Shown one piece after another: positions 1-10,963 of a stretch of DNA of 64,000 nucleotides. Position 1 is the stretch's first letter. Every line of letters begins with the position of its first letter. The notes under the pieces were generated by a model that saw only the letters and a list, made by a program, of their open reading frames with translations, was not told the origin of the DNA and did no database searches. The stretch is taken from assembly GCF_055900595.2 (NCBI RefSeq), contig NZ_CM148325.1. The stretch is one strand, 5' to 3'. The position numbers and the translations under genes are program-made.

Positions 1-1248
1 GAGGAAGATAATCATCACGCCCAGATAGGCCGCGAGGAACAATTTACCGGCTGGTAGAGACATCAGAACTTGCTGCACAGCTGTTTCGCCGCCCAGTGTT
101 TCCAGCACCTGTGGGACGTTGATTACGCCATTGATAAACTGATGAATGGCATAGCTTTCCATTACGCCGAAGAAGAACCAGCAACCGACGGTGCTGCCGA
201 GGATCAGTCCCCAGATAACTTCTTTAATCTTACGACCGCGCGAAACTCGGGTGACAAACATTGCTACGCCAGGGGTGTATGAGATCCACCACAGCCAGTA
301 GAAAACGGTCCAGTTGCGGGTAAATGAACCATCGCCAAGCGGATCGGTGAATAAGCTCATTTGCAGGAAGTTTTGCGTGGTCAGGCCGATGGCATTGATG
401 ATGCTGTTGGTAATAAATTCGGTTGGACCGACAATCAGCACCAGTAATGGCAGCAGGAATGCGCCCCAGCCAACCATTTTGCTTAGACGTTGCAAACCGT
501 TGTTGATACCAATCCACGAGCTTAGGCAAAAAATGCCGCCGGAAAGCAGGATCACAAATGCCTGTACGGTAAAGTTATCGGGTAAACCGGTCAGCGCGGA
601 AAGCCCACGGGTAAAGGTTGCTGCGGTGACAACAAGGGAAATGGTCAGTGCGCCGACAGTGGCGATCAGGAACATCAAATCGACCAGTTTCCCCCACGGG
701 CCTTGCGGGCGAACGCCGGTAATAGCAGCAATAATGCCGGAAAGGCTCAGCCCTTTATTTTTCCGCACATGAAAGTGATAAGCCATGATTAATGAGGCCA
801 GCGTATAAGTTGCCCAGGCGCTGATGCCCCAGTGGAAGAAGGAGTAGGGAACGCTAAATTCGAGTGCCTGTTGTGAACGCGGTGCGATATTTAATCCAGG
901 CGTTTGATAATAATAGGCCCATTCAGCAACCCCCCAATAAAGCGTAGAAGAACCTAAACCTGCACAAATAAACATAAACAGCCAGGAGAGCGTGCTGTAT
1001 TCCGGTTTTCCTTCGCCAAGACGAATATTGCCGTATTTACTGGTGGCTAAATAAATCACCAGTCCCATTGCCAGCAAAACCAATACCTGTACGGCGGAAC
1101 CTAACGTACGCGTAACAAAAGTGTATATTGCGTTGGCCGCGTCGGCCGATTGTTGTGGGAAAAGGCTTAATGCAGCTGCGATGAAAAGAATGGCCACCAG
1201 GCTGATGCTTATCAACGGCACATCTTTTTTCTTAACATTGCTCATCAT
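1..1248 (-). CDS. yeaV: BCCT-family (betaine/carnitine/choline) transporter, N-terminal 416 codons; 3' end lies beyond window start
   Basis: Manual minus-strand translation from ATG at 1248 (AGGAG 7 nt upstream) gives [21 protein letters not shown]... with many hydrophobic segments and no stop before position 1; absent from ORF track because no stop codon is in the window; position next to dmlA matches recalled K-12 order. Confidence 0.8.
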   Translation of the reverse strand, partial: MMSNVKKKDVPLISISLVAILFIAAALSLFPQQSADAANAIYTFVTRTLGSAVQVLVLLAMGLVIYLATSKYGNIRLGEGKPEYSTLSWLFMFICAGLGSSTLYWGVAEWAYYYQTPGLNIAPRSQQALEFSVPYSFFHWGISAWATYTLASLIMAYHFHVRKNKGLSLSGIIAAITGVRPQGPWGKLVDLMFLIATVGALTISLVVTAATFTRGLSALTGLPDNFTVQAFVILLSGGIFCLSSWIGINNGLQRLSKMVGWGAFLLPLLVLIVGPTEFITNSIINAIGLTTQNFLQMSLFTDPLGDGSFTRNWTVFYWLWWISYTPGVAMFVTRVSRGRKIKEVIWGLILGSTVGCWFFFGVMESYAIHQFINGVINVPQVLETLGGETAVQQVLMSLPAGKLFLAAYLGVMIIFL

Positions 1249-1451
1249 GAGTCATCTCCTGGGCATAAAAGCCCGTCTCTGGCTTTTGCCAGTTGTAATT
1301 ATTTGCAGGGTATGAGTTGTATGTTGTGTTTAACAAATTGATTATTTACATGTTACATAAATTAAACAATTAAGAATACGGAAAGCCATAAAACACGAAA
1401 CGGAAACAATAAAAGGTGAAATGACGCAGGTTATTTACTGCAAAGAACGAA

Positions 1452-1478
1452 TAAAAAAACCGCGTCAGTGACGCGGTT
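1452..1478 (-). terminator. Rho-independent terminator downstream of dmlA
   Basis: Hairpin accgcgtcagtgacgcggt followed on the minus strand by a T-run (A7 on plus strand at 1452-1458). Confidence 0.5.
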
Positions 1479-1497
1479 CAAATAAACTGGTTTGACC

Positions 1498-2583
1498 TTA
1501 ACGCAAAAGAATTTTGCAAATCGCGTCGGCAACCTGTGGCGTGGTGGCATTGCCTTTCATATCAGGTGTTTTCGGCCCGTGAGCAATCACTTCTTCAATC
1601 GCGGCCAGAATACCGTTATGCGCTTGCTGGAAACGCTCATCGCCATTGCCGAGAAAATCGAGCATCATTGCACCGGCCCAAATCGTGGCGATAGGGTTAG
1701 CAATATTTTTCCCGTAGATATCCGGCGCGGAACCGTGGACTGGCTCGAAGAGCGACGGGAAAGTGCGTTCGGGATTCAGGTTGGCGGATGGGGCAATGCC
1801 AATGGTGCCGGTGCAGGCCGGGCCAAGATCGGAAAGGATATCGCCAAACAAATTGGACGCCACTACCACATCGAAGCGTTCCGGCTGCATCACAAAACGT
1901 GCGCAGAGAATGTCAATATGCTGCTTGTCCCAGCGGATCTCCGGGTAATTCTCAGCCATTGCTTCCACTCGCTCATCCCAGTACGGCATGCTGATGGCTA
2001 AACCGTTCGATTTAGTGGCAGAAGTTAGCGTCTTACGTGGGCGGCTTTGCGCAAGTTCAAAGGCATAGCGCAAAATACGATCGACACCACGACGAGTAAA
2101 TACCGATTCCTGAATGACGACTTCATGCTCTGTACCTTCATTCACTCTACCGCCGAGCGAGGAATATTCGCCTTCGGTGTTTTCCCTGACCACGTAAAAA
2201 TCGATGTCGCCAGGCTGTTTTCCCGCCAGCGGGCAGGGAACGCCAGGAAAGAGACGAACCGGGCGCAGGTTGACGTACTGGTCGAACTCACGACGAAATT
2301 TCAGCAGCGAACCCCACAACGAAATATGGTCCGGAACGGTATCCGGCCAGCCGACGGCACCAAAATAGATGGCGTCGAAACGGCTAAGTTGCTCATGCCA
2401 GTCGTCCGGCATCATTTTACCGTGATGGCTGTAATACTCGCAGCTCGCCCACTCCATTTGCTCAAAACTCAAGGCGAAGCCCCAGCGCTCAGCGGCAGCC
2501 TGTAACACGCGAATCCCTTCAGGAAGGACTTCTTTGCCAATCCCGTCTCCCGGGATCGCAGCAATACGCATCGTTTTCATCAT
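1498..2583 (-). CDS. dmlA: D-malate/tartrate dehydrogenase (isocitrate/isopropylmalate dehydrogenase family)
   Basis: 361-aa ORF; MMKTMRIAAIPGDGIGKEV N-terminus and overall family signature; length matches recalled K-12 DmlA; divergent LysR regulator adjacent. Confidence 0.93.
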   Translation of the reverse strand: MMKTMRIAAIPGDGIGKEVLPEGIRVLQAAAERWGFALSFEQMEWASCEYYSHHGKMMPDDWHEQLSRFDAIYFGAVGWPDTVPDHISLWGSLLKFRREFDQYVNLRPVRLFPGVPCPLAGKQPGDIDFYVVRENTEGEYSSLGGRVNEGTEHEVVIQESVFTRRGVDRILRYAFELAQSRPRKTLTSATKSNGLAISMPYWDERVEAMAENYPEIRWDKQHIDILCARFVMQPERFDVVVASNLFGDILSDLGPACTGTIGIAPSANLNPERTFPSLFEPVHGSAPDIYGKNIANPIATIWAGAMMLDFLGNGDERFQQAHNGILAAIEEVIAHGPKTPDMKGNATTPQVADAICKILLR

Positions 2584-2685
2584 TGGGTTCTCACTTCCTG
2601 ACCATCAAAATTGACAATACCCTCATCCTATAATTGACTGAAAAGGAATTAATCCCCGTAACTGGTGAAACATAAAACACGAATC
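2584..2685. promoter_or_regulatory. dmlR-dmlA divergent control region with dyad TAATT-N11-AATTA (possible LysR-type site)
   Basis: Intergenic between divergent dmlA and dmlR; TTGACA at 2611-2616, TATAAT at 2629-2634 (short spacer), dyad 2631-2651; assignment is inference. Confidence 0.35.
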
Positions 2686-3609
2686 ATGAATAATTTACCG
2701 CTGCTGAACGATTTGCGCGTCTTTATGCTGGTGGCTCGCCGGGCTGGTTTTGCCGCTGTGGCGGAAGAATTGGGCGTTTCACCGGCGTTCGTCAGCAAGC
2801 GCATCGCCTTGCTGGAGCAAACGCTAAACGTGGTGTTGTTACACCGCACCACCCGCCGCGTCACCATTACCGAAGAAGGAGAGCGGATTTATGAATGGGC
2901 GCAGCGGATTTTGCAGGATGTTGGTCAAATGATGGACGAACTTTCTGACGTGCGTCAGGTGCCGCAGGGGATGCTGCGTATTATCAGCAGCTTTGGTTTT
3001 GGACGACAGGTAGTGGCTCCGGCGTTATCAGCGCTGGCGAAAGCGTATCCGCAACTGGAGTTACGTTTTGATGTGGAAGACCGACTGGTCGATTTGGTCA
3101 ATGAAGGCGTCGATCTCGATATTCGCATTGGCGATGATATCGCCCCTAATTTAATCGCCCGCAAACTGGCGACTAATTACCGCATTCTCTGCGCGTCGCC
3201 GGAATTTATTGCGCAACATGGCGCGCCGAAACATTTAACCGATCTTTCTGCATTGCCGTGCCTGGTCATTAAAGAGCGCGATCATCCTTTTGGTGTCTGG
3301 CAATTACGCAATAAAGAAGGCCACCATGCGATTAAAGTTACCGGCCCACTGTCGTCTAATCATGGAGAAATTGTCCATCAGTGGTGTCTCGATGGGCAGG
3401 GGATTGCTCTGCGCTCCTGGTGGGATGTTAGCGAAAACATTGCCAGTGGTCATTTAGTACAAGTGCTACCGGAATATTACCAGCCAGCAAATGTCTGGGC
3501 CGTTTATGTTTCAAGGCTGGCGACGTCAGCGAAAGTGCGGATAACGGTAGAATTTTTACGCCAGTATTTTGCCGAGCACTACCCGAATTTTTCACTGGAC
3601 CACGCCTGA
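2686..3609 (+). CDS. dmlR: LysR-family transcriptional regulator of dmlA
   Basis: ORF track 2665-3609; start moved to MNNLPLLNDLRVF to give 307 aa as recalled for K-12; N-terminal HTH then LysR substrate domain. Confidence 0.88.
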   Translation: MNNLPLLNDLRVFMLVARRAGFAAVAEELGVSPAFVSKRIALLEQTLNVVLLHRTTRRVTITEEGERIYEWAQRILQDVGQMMDELSDVRQVPQGMLRIISSFGFGRQVVAPALSALAKAYPQLELRFDVEDRLVDLVNEGVDLDIRIGDDIAPNLIARKLATNYRILCASPEFIAQHGAPKHLTDLSALPCLVIKERDHPFGVWQLRNKEGHHAIKVTGPLSSNHGEIVHQWCLDGQGIALRSWWDVSENIASGHLVQVLPEYYQPANVWAVYVSRLATSAKVRITVEFLRQYFAEHYPNFSLDHA

Positions 3610-3717
3610 TTAATGATTCAATTATCGGGTTGATATCAGGTTAAACCCTGATTTTCTCCTTTCTAAGCCGCTAGAGATTGGTTAGCATATTCACCTTTAA
3701 TCGCGCATGATCGATAG

Positions 3718-4374
<657 letters not shown>

Positions 4375-4457
4375 TGCTTTCAGCCCGCGTTATCGCGGGC
4401 TTCCTGCCTGTAATCTTTCCTTATTCATCGCTGATACGGTGCTAAAGAGTAACCAAT

Positions 4458-4480
4458 AAATGGTATTTAAAATGCAAATT
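4458..4480. promoter_or_regulatory. Imperfect AT-rich palindrome upstream of yeaR, candidate NsrR-type operator
   Basis: aaatggtatttaaaatgcaaatt lies about 65 bp upstream of the yeaR start; yeaR-yoaG is a known nitrosative-stress operon (recalled); the match is judged by eye. Confidence 0.3.
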
Positions 4481-4546
4481 ATCAGGCGTACCCTGAAACG
4501 GCTGAAATAAACTGTTTTCAGCACATTCATCGAAGGAGGGAAAAGG

Positions 4547-4906
4547 ATGCTGCAAATCCCACAGAATTATATTCATACGCGCTCAACGCCTTTCTGGAAT
4601 AAACAAACTGCGCCTGCCGGAATATTCGAACGTCATCTTGATAAAGGAACGCGCCCGGGGGTTTACCCACGCCTTTCCGTTATGCATGGGGCGGTCAAAT
4701 ATCTCGGCTACGCTGATGAACACAGTACAGAGCCTGATCAAGTGATCCTTATCGAAGCGGGGCAGTTTGCGGTGTTCCCTCCAGAAAAGTGGCACAACAT
4801 TGAAGCCATGACTGACGACACTTATTTCAACATTGACTTCTTCGTTGCTCCTGAAGTCCTGATGGAAGGCGCGCAACAACGAAAAGTCATTCATAACGGG
4901 AAATGA
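4547..4906 (+). CDS. yeaR: DUF1971-family protein YeaR
   Basis: 119-aa ORF, GGAGG RBS, forms operon with yoaG; length and synteny match recalled K-12. Confidence 0.85.
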   Translation: MLQIPQNYIHTRSTPFWNKQTAPAGIFERHLDKGTRPGVYPRLSVMHGAVKYLGYADEHSTEPDQVILIEAGQFAVFPPEKWHNIEAMTDDTYFNIDFFVAPEVLMEGAQQRKVIHNGK

Positions 4907-4909
4907 ATC

Positions 4910-5092
4910 ATGGGCAAAGCAACGTATACCGTGACCGTCACCAATAACAGTAATGGCGTTTCTGTCGATTATGAAACAGAGACGCCGATGACTTTGCTGG
5001 TGCCAGAAGTGGCGGCTGAAGTGATAAAAGATCTGGTGAATACCGTGCGTTCTTATGACACGGAAAACGAACATGATGTTTGTGGTTGGTAA
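4910..5092 (+). CDS. yoaG: Small protein YoaG
   Basis: 60-aa ORF MGKATYTVTVTNNSNGVSVDYETETPM starting 4 nt after yeaR stop. Confidence 0.8.
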   Translation: MGKATYTVTVTNNSNGVSVDYETETPMTLLVPEVAAEVIKDLVNTVRSYDTENEHDVCGW

Positions 5093-5239
5093 TTATCACT
5101 GATCGTAGATGGCGCAATTTCTGCGCCATCGCAAAAAAATCCTCCGTGATGCTTGTCACAAATCTTGCCCTCCTGATGTTGTGCTATGCTTTTTATCAGC
5201 GACTAACCCGCTAATGCAAAACAGATAAGTGAGGAAACA

Positions 5240-5488
5240 ATGGGCATTCTGTCATGGATTATTTTTGGGCTTATTGCCGGTATTCTGGCGAAGTGGATCA
5301 TGCCAGGTAAAGATGGTGGTGGATTCTTTATGACTATCCTGCTGGGGATAGTCGGTGCCGTAGTCGGCGGATGGATCAGCACGCTGTTTGGCTTTGGTAA
5401 AGTCGATGGCTTCAATTTTGGCAGCTTCGTGGTTGCCGTTATTGGTGCGATTGTCGTGCTGTTTATCTACAGAAAGATCAAAAGTTAA
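5240..5488 (+). CDS. yeaQ: GlsB/YeaQ/YmgE-family small membrane protein
   Basis: 82-aa ORF MGILSWIIFGLIAGILAKWIMPG with glycine-rich TM helices; RBS GAGGA. Confidence 0.85.
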   Translation: MGILSWIIFGLIAGILAKWIMPGKDGGGFFMTILLGIVGAVVGGWISTLFGFGKVDGFNFGSFVVAVIGAIVVLFIYRKIKS

Positions 5489-5502
5489 CGCGTAAATTGC
5501 AC

Positions 5503-5536
5503 AAAGGCTGCACACAGGCAGCCTTTGCTATTTTTT
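5503..5536 (+). terminator. Rho-independent terminator after yeaQ
   Basis: Hairpin aaaggctgcacacaggcagccttt followed by T6. Confidence 0.55.
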
Positions 5537-5546
5537 AGATGTGACG

Positions 5547-5621
5547 TTACCACCATCCCAACTCAGTGCCGAGAACGACAATAATCGCTACGCCCATCAT
5601 AATAATCGTTGTTTTTTTCAT
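5547..5621 (-). CDS. yoaJ: 24-aa small membrane protein YoaJ
   Basis: Manual translation MKKTTIIMMGVAIIVVLGTELGWW; below ORF-track size cut-off; matches recalled K-12 small protein. Confidence 0.6.
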   Translation of the reverse strand: MKKTTIIMMGVAIIVVLGTELGWW

Positions 5622-5623
5622 CT

Positions 5624-5722
5624 TTACGCTCCCGGGGCAGCATAGCCGCCAATAAAAAACCATGCTAAAAATACGACCGCTGTAATAAAGATTACAACCG
5701 GAAAAATAATACCGATTCGCAT
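5624..5722 (-). CDS. yoaK: 32-aa small membrane protein YoaK
   Basis: Manual translation MRIGIIFPVVIFITAVVFLAWFFIGGYAAPGA; stop lies 2 nt upstream of the yoaJ start. Confidence 0.6.
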   Translation of the reverse strand: MRIGIIFPVVIFITAVVFLAWFFIGGYAAPGA

Positions 5723-5754
5723 GTTATCACCAATCAAAAGGATGTGAATACGCC

Positions 5755-6780
5755 TCAGGAATGTAGCGCTGAATGCGCGACAAAAGGTGTTTTCTGTTTG
5801 TGTTTTTTCTCCTGATACATCGCGATATCGGCAGCATGCAGGGCGCTGTCTGCATCGGTCGTTTCAGGATCGACTTCTACTATGCCAAGACTGGCACCAG
5901 GATAATACAAATCAACATCACCTAAGTGATATTCTCCGCGTATTTGCTGTTGAATACGTTCTCGCAGCGATGGAATATCCGCATTCTCATTGTTCAGTGA
6001 AACAACCAAAAACTCATCACCGCCGAGACGACCAATAACTTCGCCATTTTGCTGGAGCGTATTAAGGCGCTCGCCAACCTGAATAAGAAACAGATCGCCA
6101 CTATTATGACCAAAACGATCATTGATTAATTTGAAGTTATCCAGATCGATAAATGCGATCATTATCTTATGGTTAAGATGCCTCGCAAGAGAAAACAGCG
6201 TCGTCAGGTTTTCAAAAATCGCCCGCCGATTCGGTAGCCCGGTTAACGAGTCGGTATACGATTGCGCAATCAGTGCGGCATTTGCTTCGCGCAGCTGTTC
6301 AACCAGCGCCTCTTTTTGAATATATTGTGCAATCAGTCCGGCGAATAGCTGTAAAACCTGTTCCGCGCGTTCACTCCACTGGCGCTTCTCACTGCTGGCG
6401 GCGCAAAGTGTGCCATAGAATGATCCATCCGGTAAGTGAATTGGCGTGCTCAGAAATGTGGTGATGCCAAGATTTCGTGCCGCAACACAGTCGCCCCAAC
6501 GGTCGGGGACTTCATCGCTGAAAAAGCAGTTTTCATCAATGGCGCGTTTGCATAACGAGTAATCCCACGAGACGGTAAAATTCTCCGGGATGTGCATTTT
6601 CTGGCTATTACGGGCAAACATTATATGCTGCAGGCGCGCTTCGACATCCACTTTGGTCAGGTAGGTTGACTCCATATCAGTGACCATTTCCAGCATCTCC
6701 AGAAGCTGTCGGACCAGACTTTCCAGTGACTGTTCTTTGGCAAGGGATTGCGAGACGCGGGCGATAATCTGATCTGACAC
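5755..6780 (-). CDS. dgcP: Diguanylate cyclase (GAF-GGDEF)
   Basis: ORF track 5755-6909 trimmed to GTG start at VSDQIIARVSQ to give 341 aa as recalled; intact RLGGDEF motif. Confidence 0.88.
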   Translation of the reverse strand: MSDQIIARVSQSLAKEQSLESLVRQLLEMLEMVTDMESTYLTKVDVEARLQHIMFARNSQKMHIPENFTVSWDYSLCKRAIDENCFFSDEVPDRWGDCVAARNLGITTFLSTPIHLPDGSFYGTLCAASSEKRQWSERAEQVLQLFAGLIAQYIQKEALVEQLREANAALIAQSYTDSLTGLPNRRAIFENLTTLFSLARHLNHKIMIAFIDLDNFKLINDRFGHNSGDLFLIQVGERLNTLQQNGEVIGRLGGDEFLVVSLNNENADIPSLRERIQQQIRGEYHLGDVDLYYPGASLGIVEVDPETTDADSALHAADIAMYQEKKHKQKTPFVAHSALHS

Positions 6781-6962
6781 GAAACAACTCCAGGATACGG
6801 CGGGTAAATGCTGATTATTTAATCTTTGCAGGCATGATAAAACATCATCAACAAAGATGAAACAAGACGTAATATGTTTTGAGTGAATGTAATAAAAATA
6901 GTGCTGCAAAACAAAACGATACCGCGATACTCTAAGCTTGGATAAATATGTGAGATCAATAA

Positions 6963-7217
6963 ATGAAAATTATCAGTTTTGTTCTGCCTTGCTTGCTGGT
7001 CCTGGCTGGTTGTTCAACCCCTTCTCAGCCAGAAGCACCTAAACCGCCGCAGATTGGTATGGCAAATCCGGCGTCGGTCTATTGCCAGCAGAAGGGCGGG
7101 ACGCTCATTCCTGTGCAGACAGCGCAAGGGGTCAGCAACAATTGCAAATTACCGGGCGGTGAAACGATTGATGAATGGGCATTGTGGCGACGGGACCATC
7201 CGGCTGGTGAAAAATAA
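6963..7217 (+). CDS. yoaF: DUF333-family lipoprotein
   Basis: 84-aa ORF with signal peptide and lipobox LAGC. Confidence 0.8.
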   Translation: MKIISFVLPCLLVLAGCSTPSQPEAPKPPQIGMANPASVYCQQKGGTLIPVQTAQGVSNNCKLPGGETIDEWALWRRDHPAGEK

Positions 7218-7238
7218 CCGCCGGATGCTGCACTAAAA

Positions 7239-7586
7239 TCACAAGCTACGTAGCCAGTCTGCCAGCACCAGCGCATGGTTCTGTGTGGTGTTTTTTGCTG
7301 AGTAGAGCAGGGTCAGCGGCTGTTTTTTGGCGATGTCTGCCAGCCGCTTTCCTTCTTGCTCGTGTTGCGCCAGTTCTGCAAGATATTGCTCGCGAAAGGT
7401 TGCAAAATCGACGACTTCGCCGTGAAAGGCTTTGCGCAGCTCCGTTGACGGCGTGATTTCTTTATCCCACTCATCAAGGGCTAAATCGGTTTTTTTGATA
7501 CCGCGTGGCCAGAGGCGGTCGACCAGTACGCGATAACCATCGCTCTGTTCAGCCGGATCATAAACGCGTTTGCACTGAATATTCAT
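7239..7586 (-). CDS. yeaO: DUF488-family protein
   Basis: ORF track 7239-7607 trimmed to MNIQCKRVYDP (115 aa as recalled). Confidence 0.82.
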   Translation of the reverse strand: MNIQCKRVYDPAEQSDGYRVLVDRLWPRGIKKTDLALDEWDKEITPSTELRKAFHGEVVDFATFREQYLAELAQHEQEGKRLADIAKKQPLTLLYSAKNTTQNHALVLADWLRSL

Positions 7587-7640
7587 CGTATTTGTTCTTC
7601 CTTTCACGCATGATTTGTCACGTCACTATAGCACCGGATA

Positions 7641-8822
7641 TTAGCGAATTTCTTTGTCTCTCCCGGCGCAAAGTCCGAAAATCGCCATCAGTAGTGAAAG
7701 TATTGCAACACCCATCAGTGGTACGGACCAGTCACCGTTAGCATCGTGTATTTTACCCATCAGCGGCGGCCCACAGGCTGCCAGCAAATACCCGACGGAT
7801 TGTGCCATCCCCGAGAGTGCTGCCGCCTGATGCGCAGAACTTGCCCGAAGACCAATGAACGTCAACCCCAGTATCATTGTTGCGCCGGAACCAAAACCGA
7901 AAAGCAGAGTCCAGGTGATCGCGTGTGCTGGCATAAAGCAGAGCCCAACCGCGCCCACTGCGCACATCAAGGCAACGAACGCTGCAATACCACGCTGATC
8001 TTTCACATGATGTAAGAAAAGTGGGATCAGCAAACCGGGAGCTGCTGTGGCTAGTTGCAGCAAACCATGCAGTGAACCCGCCTGTGCTTCGCTATAGCCG
8101 TGACTGATGAGGATCGCCGGAAGCCAGCCAATAATCACGTAATAGACGAGTGAGTTGATCCCAAGAAACAATGTTACCTGCCAGGCAAGCGGCGAACGCC
8201 AGATACCCCGAGTATGTAAGGCGCGTGAGGTACTCAAATTTGCATGTTGTTGACTTCGCCACTGTGGCAGCCATAAAAAAAGAGCCAGCAGAGGAAAACA
8301 CATCAGCATGAGCAACGCGCCTTGCCAGCCAAAACCGTTCAAAGCCAGCGGCACGACCATAGCCGATCCCAGTGCCGCCGCAGCTCCCATTGTCAGGGAA
8401 TATGCGCCGGTAAGTCTGGCGACGGAATGAGGGAAATCGCGTTTAATTAATCCTGGCAGTAAGACATTGCCTAATGCAATCCCACCGCCAATGACCGCTG
8501 TACCGCCAAATAATAAGTAAGGCGAAGGGAGAGAGCGAATTGCGATACCTGCACAGATCAAAAGTAACGCGGCAAACAGGCTACGTTCCATACCAAAACG
8601 TCGCGCCACCGGGGCGGCAAGAGGTGAGATTAGCGCAAAGGCCAATAATGGCAGGGTGGTTAATAAGCCGGTTTGCGCCGTCGTTAGCGAGTAAGCGGAA
8701 CGAATCGTATCCAGTAACGGTGCTGCGCCGGTAAAGGTGACGCGTAATGTTGTGGCAATCATCAGAATGCCAGCGATAAGGACAATCCTGTTTTTGCCGC
8801 TTAATGAAGTTGAACAGGCCAT
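7641..8822 (-). CDS. yeaN: MFS transporter (CynX-like)
   Basis: 393-aa polytopic membrane ORF; synteny with nimR. Confidence 0.85.
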   Translation of the reverse strand: MACSTSLSGKNRIVLIAGILMIATTLRVTFTGAAPLLDTIRSAYSLTTAQTGLLTTLPLLAFALISPLAAPVARRFGMERSLFAALLLICAGIAIRSLPSPYLLFGGTAVIGGGIALGNVLLPGLIKRDFPHSVARLTGAYSLTMGAAAALGSAMVVPLALNGFGWQGALLMLMCFPLLALFLWLPQWRSQQHANLSTSRALHTRGIWRSPLAWQVTLFLGINSLVYYVIIGWLPAILISHGYSEAQAGSLHGLLQLATAAPGLLIPLFLHHVKDQRGIAAFVALMCAVGAVGLCFMPAHAITWTLLFGFGSGATMILGLTFIGLRASSAHQAAALSGMAQSVGYLLAACGPPLMGKIHDANGDWSVPLMGVAILSLLMAIFGLCAGRDKEIR

Positions 8823-8918
8823 ATGTTTCTCATTGATACAAACGAGGCTGTACCTTACCGTTTTTATTGTTATGTTGAATCAAGTTAAAATGACAAATTA
8901 TCGCTAAATTCGGACAAA

Positions 8919-9740
8919 ATGATGCACAGGTTGAATCTCAATGGTTATGAACCCGACCGACACCATGAAGCCGCGGTCGCATTTTGTATTCACGCCGGAA
9001 CGGATGAGTTAACCAGTCCTGTACATCAGCACCGCAAAGGGCAGCTGATACTGGCGCTACATGGTGCAATTACCTGTACGGTGGAAAATGCTTTGTGGAT
9101 GGTGCCGCCACAATATGCGGTTTGGATACCGGGCGGGGTGAAACATAGCAATCAAGTGACAGCTAACGCTGAACTCTGTTTTCTGTTTATAGAGCCCAGC
9201 GCAGTGACAATGCCGACAACATGTTGCACATTGAAAATATCGCCCTTATGCCGGGAATTAATTTTAACCCTGGCAAACAGGACGACGACTCAGCGTGCTG
9301 AGCCGATGACCCGCAGATTAATTCAGGTCCTGTTTGATGAACTCCCTCAGCAGCCACAACAACAGCTGCACCTGCCCGTTTCTTCTCATCCTAAAATCCG
9401 CACGATGGTGGAGATGATGGCGAAAGAGCCTGTCGAGTGGGGGGCATTGGGGCAATGGGCTCGCTTTTTTGCGATGAGTGAACGCAATCTTGCCCGACTG
9501 ATAGTGAAAGAGACGGGGTTGAGTTTTCGCCAGTGGCGTCAGCAGTTACAGCTGATTATGGCGCTTCAGGGATTAGTGAAAGGCGATACTGTACAGAAAG
9601 TTGCTCATACGCTGGGGTATGATTCAACAACGGCCTTTATTACTATGTTTAAGAAAGGCCTGGGGCAAACGCCAGGCCGATATATTGCGGGATTAACTAC
9701 TGTTTCCCCACAATCAGCGAAACCAGACCCGCGGCAATAA
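8919..9740 (+). CDS. nimR: AraC-family transcriptional regulator
   Basis: 273-aa ORF with C-terminal AraC-type HTH ([25 protein letters not shown]); divergent from yeaN. Confidence 0.85.
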
Positions 9741-10143
9741 GCGGGCCAACCGGTACGCCGCGAAACAGCGCCACGCCCAAAACAGTGCCCACCAGCAGCC
9801 CGGCGACCAGTTGCGGCTGGCTGCCCATTAACGTCACGCCGCGCCCACCTAGCCAGGAGACAATAACGCCTACTGCAATTGCCACCAGCGATTTCCAGTT
9901 CAGAAACGAGTGAATCAGGGTTGAGGGCGGTAGCGTCCCGCTGGCGATGGGGGCCATAACGCCAATCGTCAGAATGATTATCCCGATACTTAGCCCCTGT
10001 TTTTCAATCCACGGGAAAAAGGTGCTTAACGGTGTGACGCGGACAATGATTAACACCAGAATTGAAACGGCGACAGTGGTGTTATGACTGATAAAGCCCA
10101 GCGCAGCTAACCCGAGCAGGATCAGCAAAGTGACATCAAACAT
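9697..10143 (-). CDS. yeaL: DUF441/UPF0756 membrane protein
   Basis: 148-aa hydrophobic ORF; 3' end overlaps nimR 3' end by 44 nt (convergent). Confidence 0.85.
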
Positions 10144-10312
10144 CGTGGTTTCCTTGCCAAAAAATAATAAGCCTGCTTACTTTACGCTTGCTGCAGGAAG
10201 GAAGTAGAAAATCTTTACGTTTTTTGCATAAAAAATCAGGCGAACTGTCATCAAACTGCCATTTGTGCACGCTAACAATAACGTGAAAACAGCTATCTCC
10301 CCGGGGCATACT

Positions 10313-10417
10313 ATGAACGATCAAATGTTTGTCGAGACACTGATTATCACGTCATCGTTTTTTGCCATTGCTGTTGTGCTGGTTTTGTCCGTTCTGCTTA
10401 TTGAACGGACAGGCTAG
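10313..10417 (+). CDS. yoaI: 34-aa small membrane protein YoaI
   Basis: Manual translation [34 protein letters not shown]; stop TAG directly abuts the yeaK stop on the opposite strand. Confidence 0.55.
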   Translation: MNDQMFVETLIITSSFFAIAVVLVLSVLLIERTG

Positions 10418-10921
10418 TTACGCAGTGCGGCGGAAATTGACCAGTTCTGGTTGCGCAATGCGCAAATAATCCGCGGTTTTCAAAATAACGGATTTATCCA
10501 GCATGCCTGCATTGAAGGCGATTTCATCAAATCGTTCGAAGAGTAGGGGGTCGGCAACCAGTTTGAGTTTTGGATGGAAGCTGAAAGGGGGGATCGCGCC
10601 GAAGACACAGCCTGTGAGTTCATCGACTTCCGCCGGGCTGGCCAACGAAGCGCGTAATCCGCCTATATGGATGGCAAGTTGGCTCAGATCGGCCTGTTGA
10701 TCGGCAGCGAGGATCGCCAGAACATGTTGATTTACGCCATTGCCTTTGACTTTACATACCAGTGCCTTAGCCCCCTGGCCTAAAGCGGTGCCACGAATTT
10801 CTGACACCGCTTCGCATTTACCTACCGCCTCATGGGTAACGACGCGGAAGTCAGCACCTTCTTGTGATAATAAAGCGATTAACCGCTGATGCGTCACGCT
10901 TCCTTTAGCCATTTCAGTCAT
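10418..10921 (-). CDS. yeaK: YbaK/ProX-like aminoacyl-tRNA deacylase domain protein
   Basis: 167-aa ORF; family signature and synteny. Confidence 0.85.
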   Translation of the reverse strand: MTEMAKGSVTHQRLIALLSQEGADFRVVTHEAVGKCEAVSEIRGTALGQGAKALVCKVKGNGVNQHVLAILAADQQADLSQLAIHIGGLRASLASPAEVDELTGCVFGAIPPFSFHPKLKLVADPLLFERFDEIAFNAGMLDKSVILKTADYLRIAQPELVNFRRTA

Positions 10922-10963
10922 TTCACGCTCCTGAGATTACAAGCAAACAACCACAGAAGATTA

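Noticed and set aside
1492-2505. Several plus-strand ORFs of 61-169 aa inside dmlA
   Set aside because: All antisense to or overlapping the dmlA coding sequence.
2611-2634. TTGACA and TATAAT as a sigma-70 promoter for dmlR or dmlA
   Set aside because: Spacer is only 12 nt, too short for a functional -35/-10 pair; kept only as part of a generic regulatory region.
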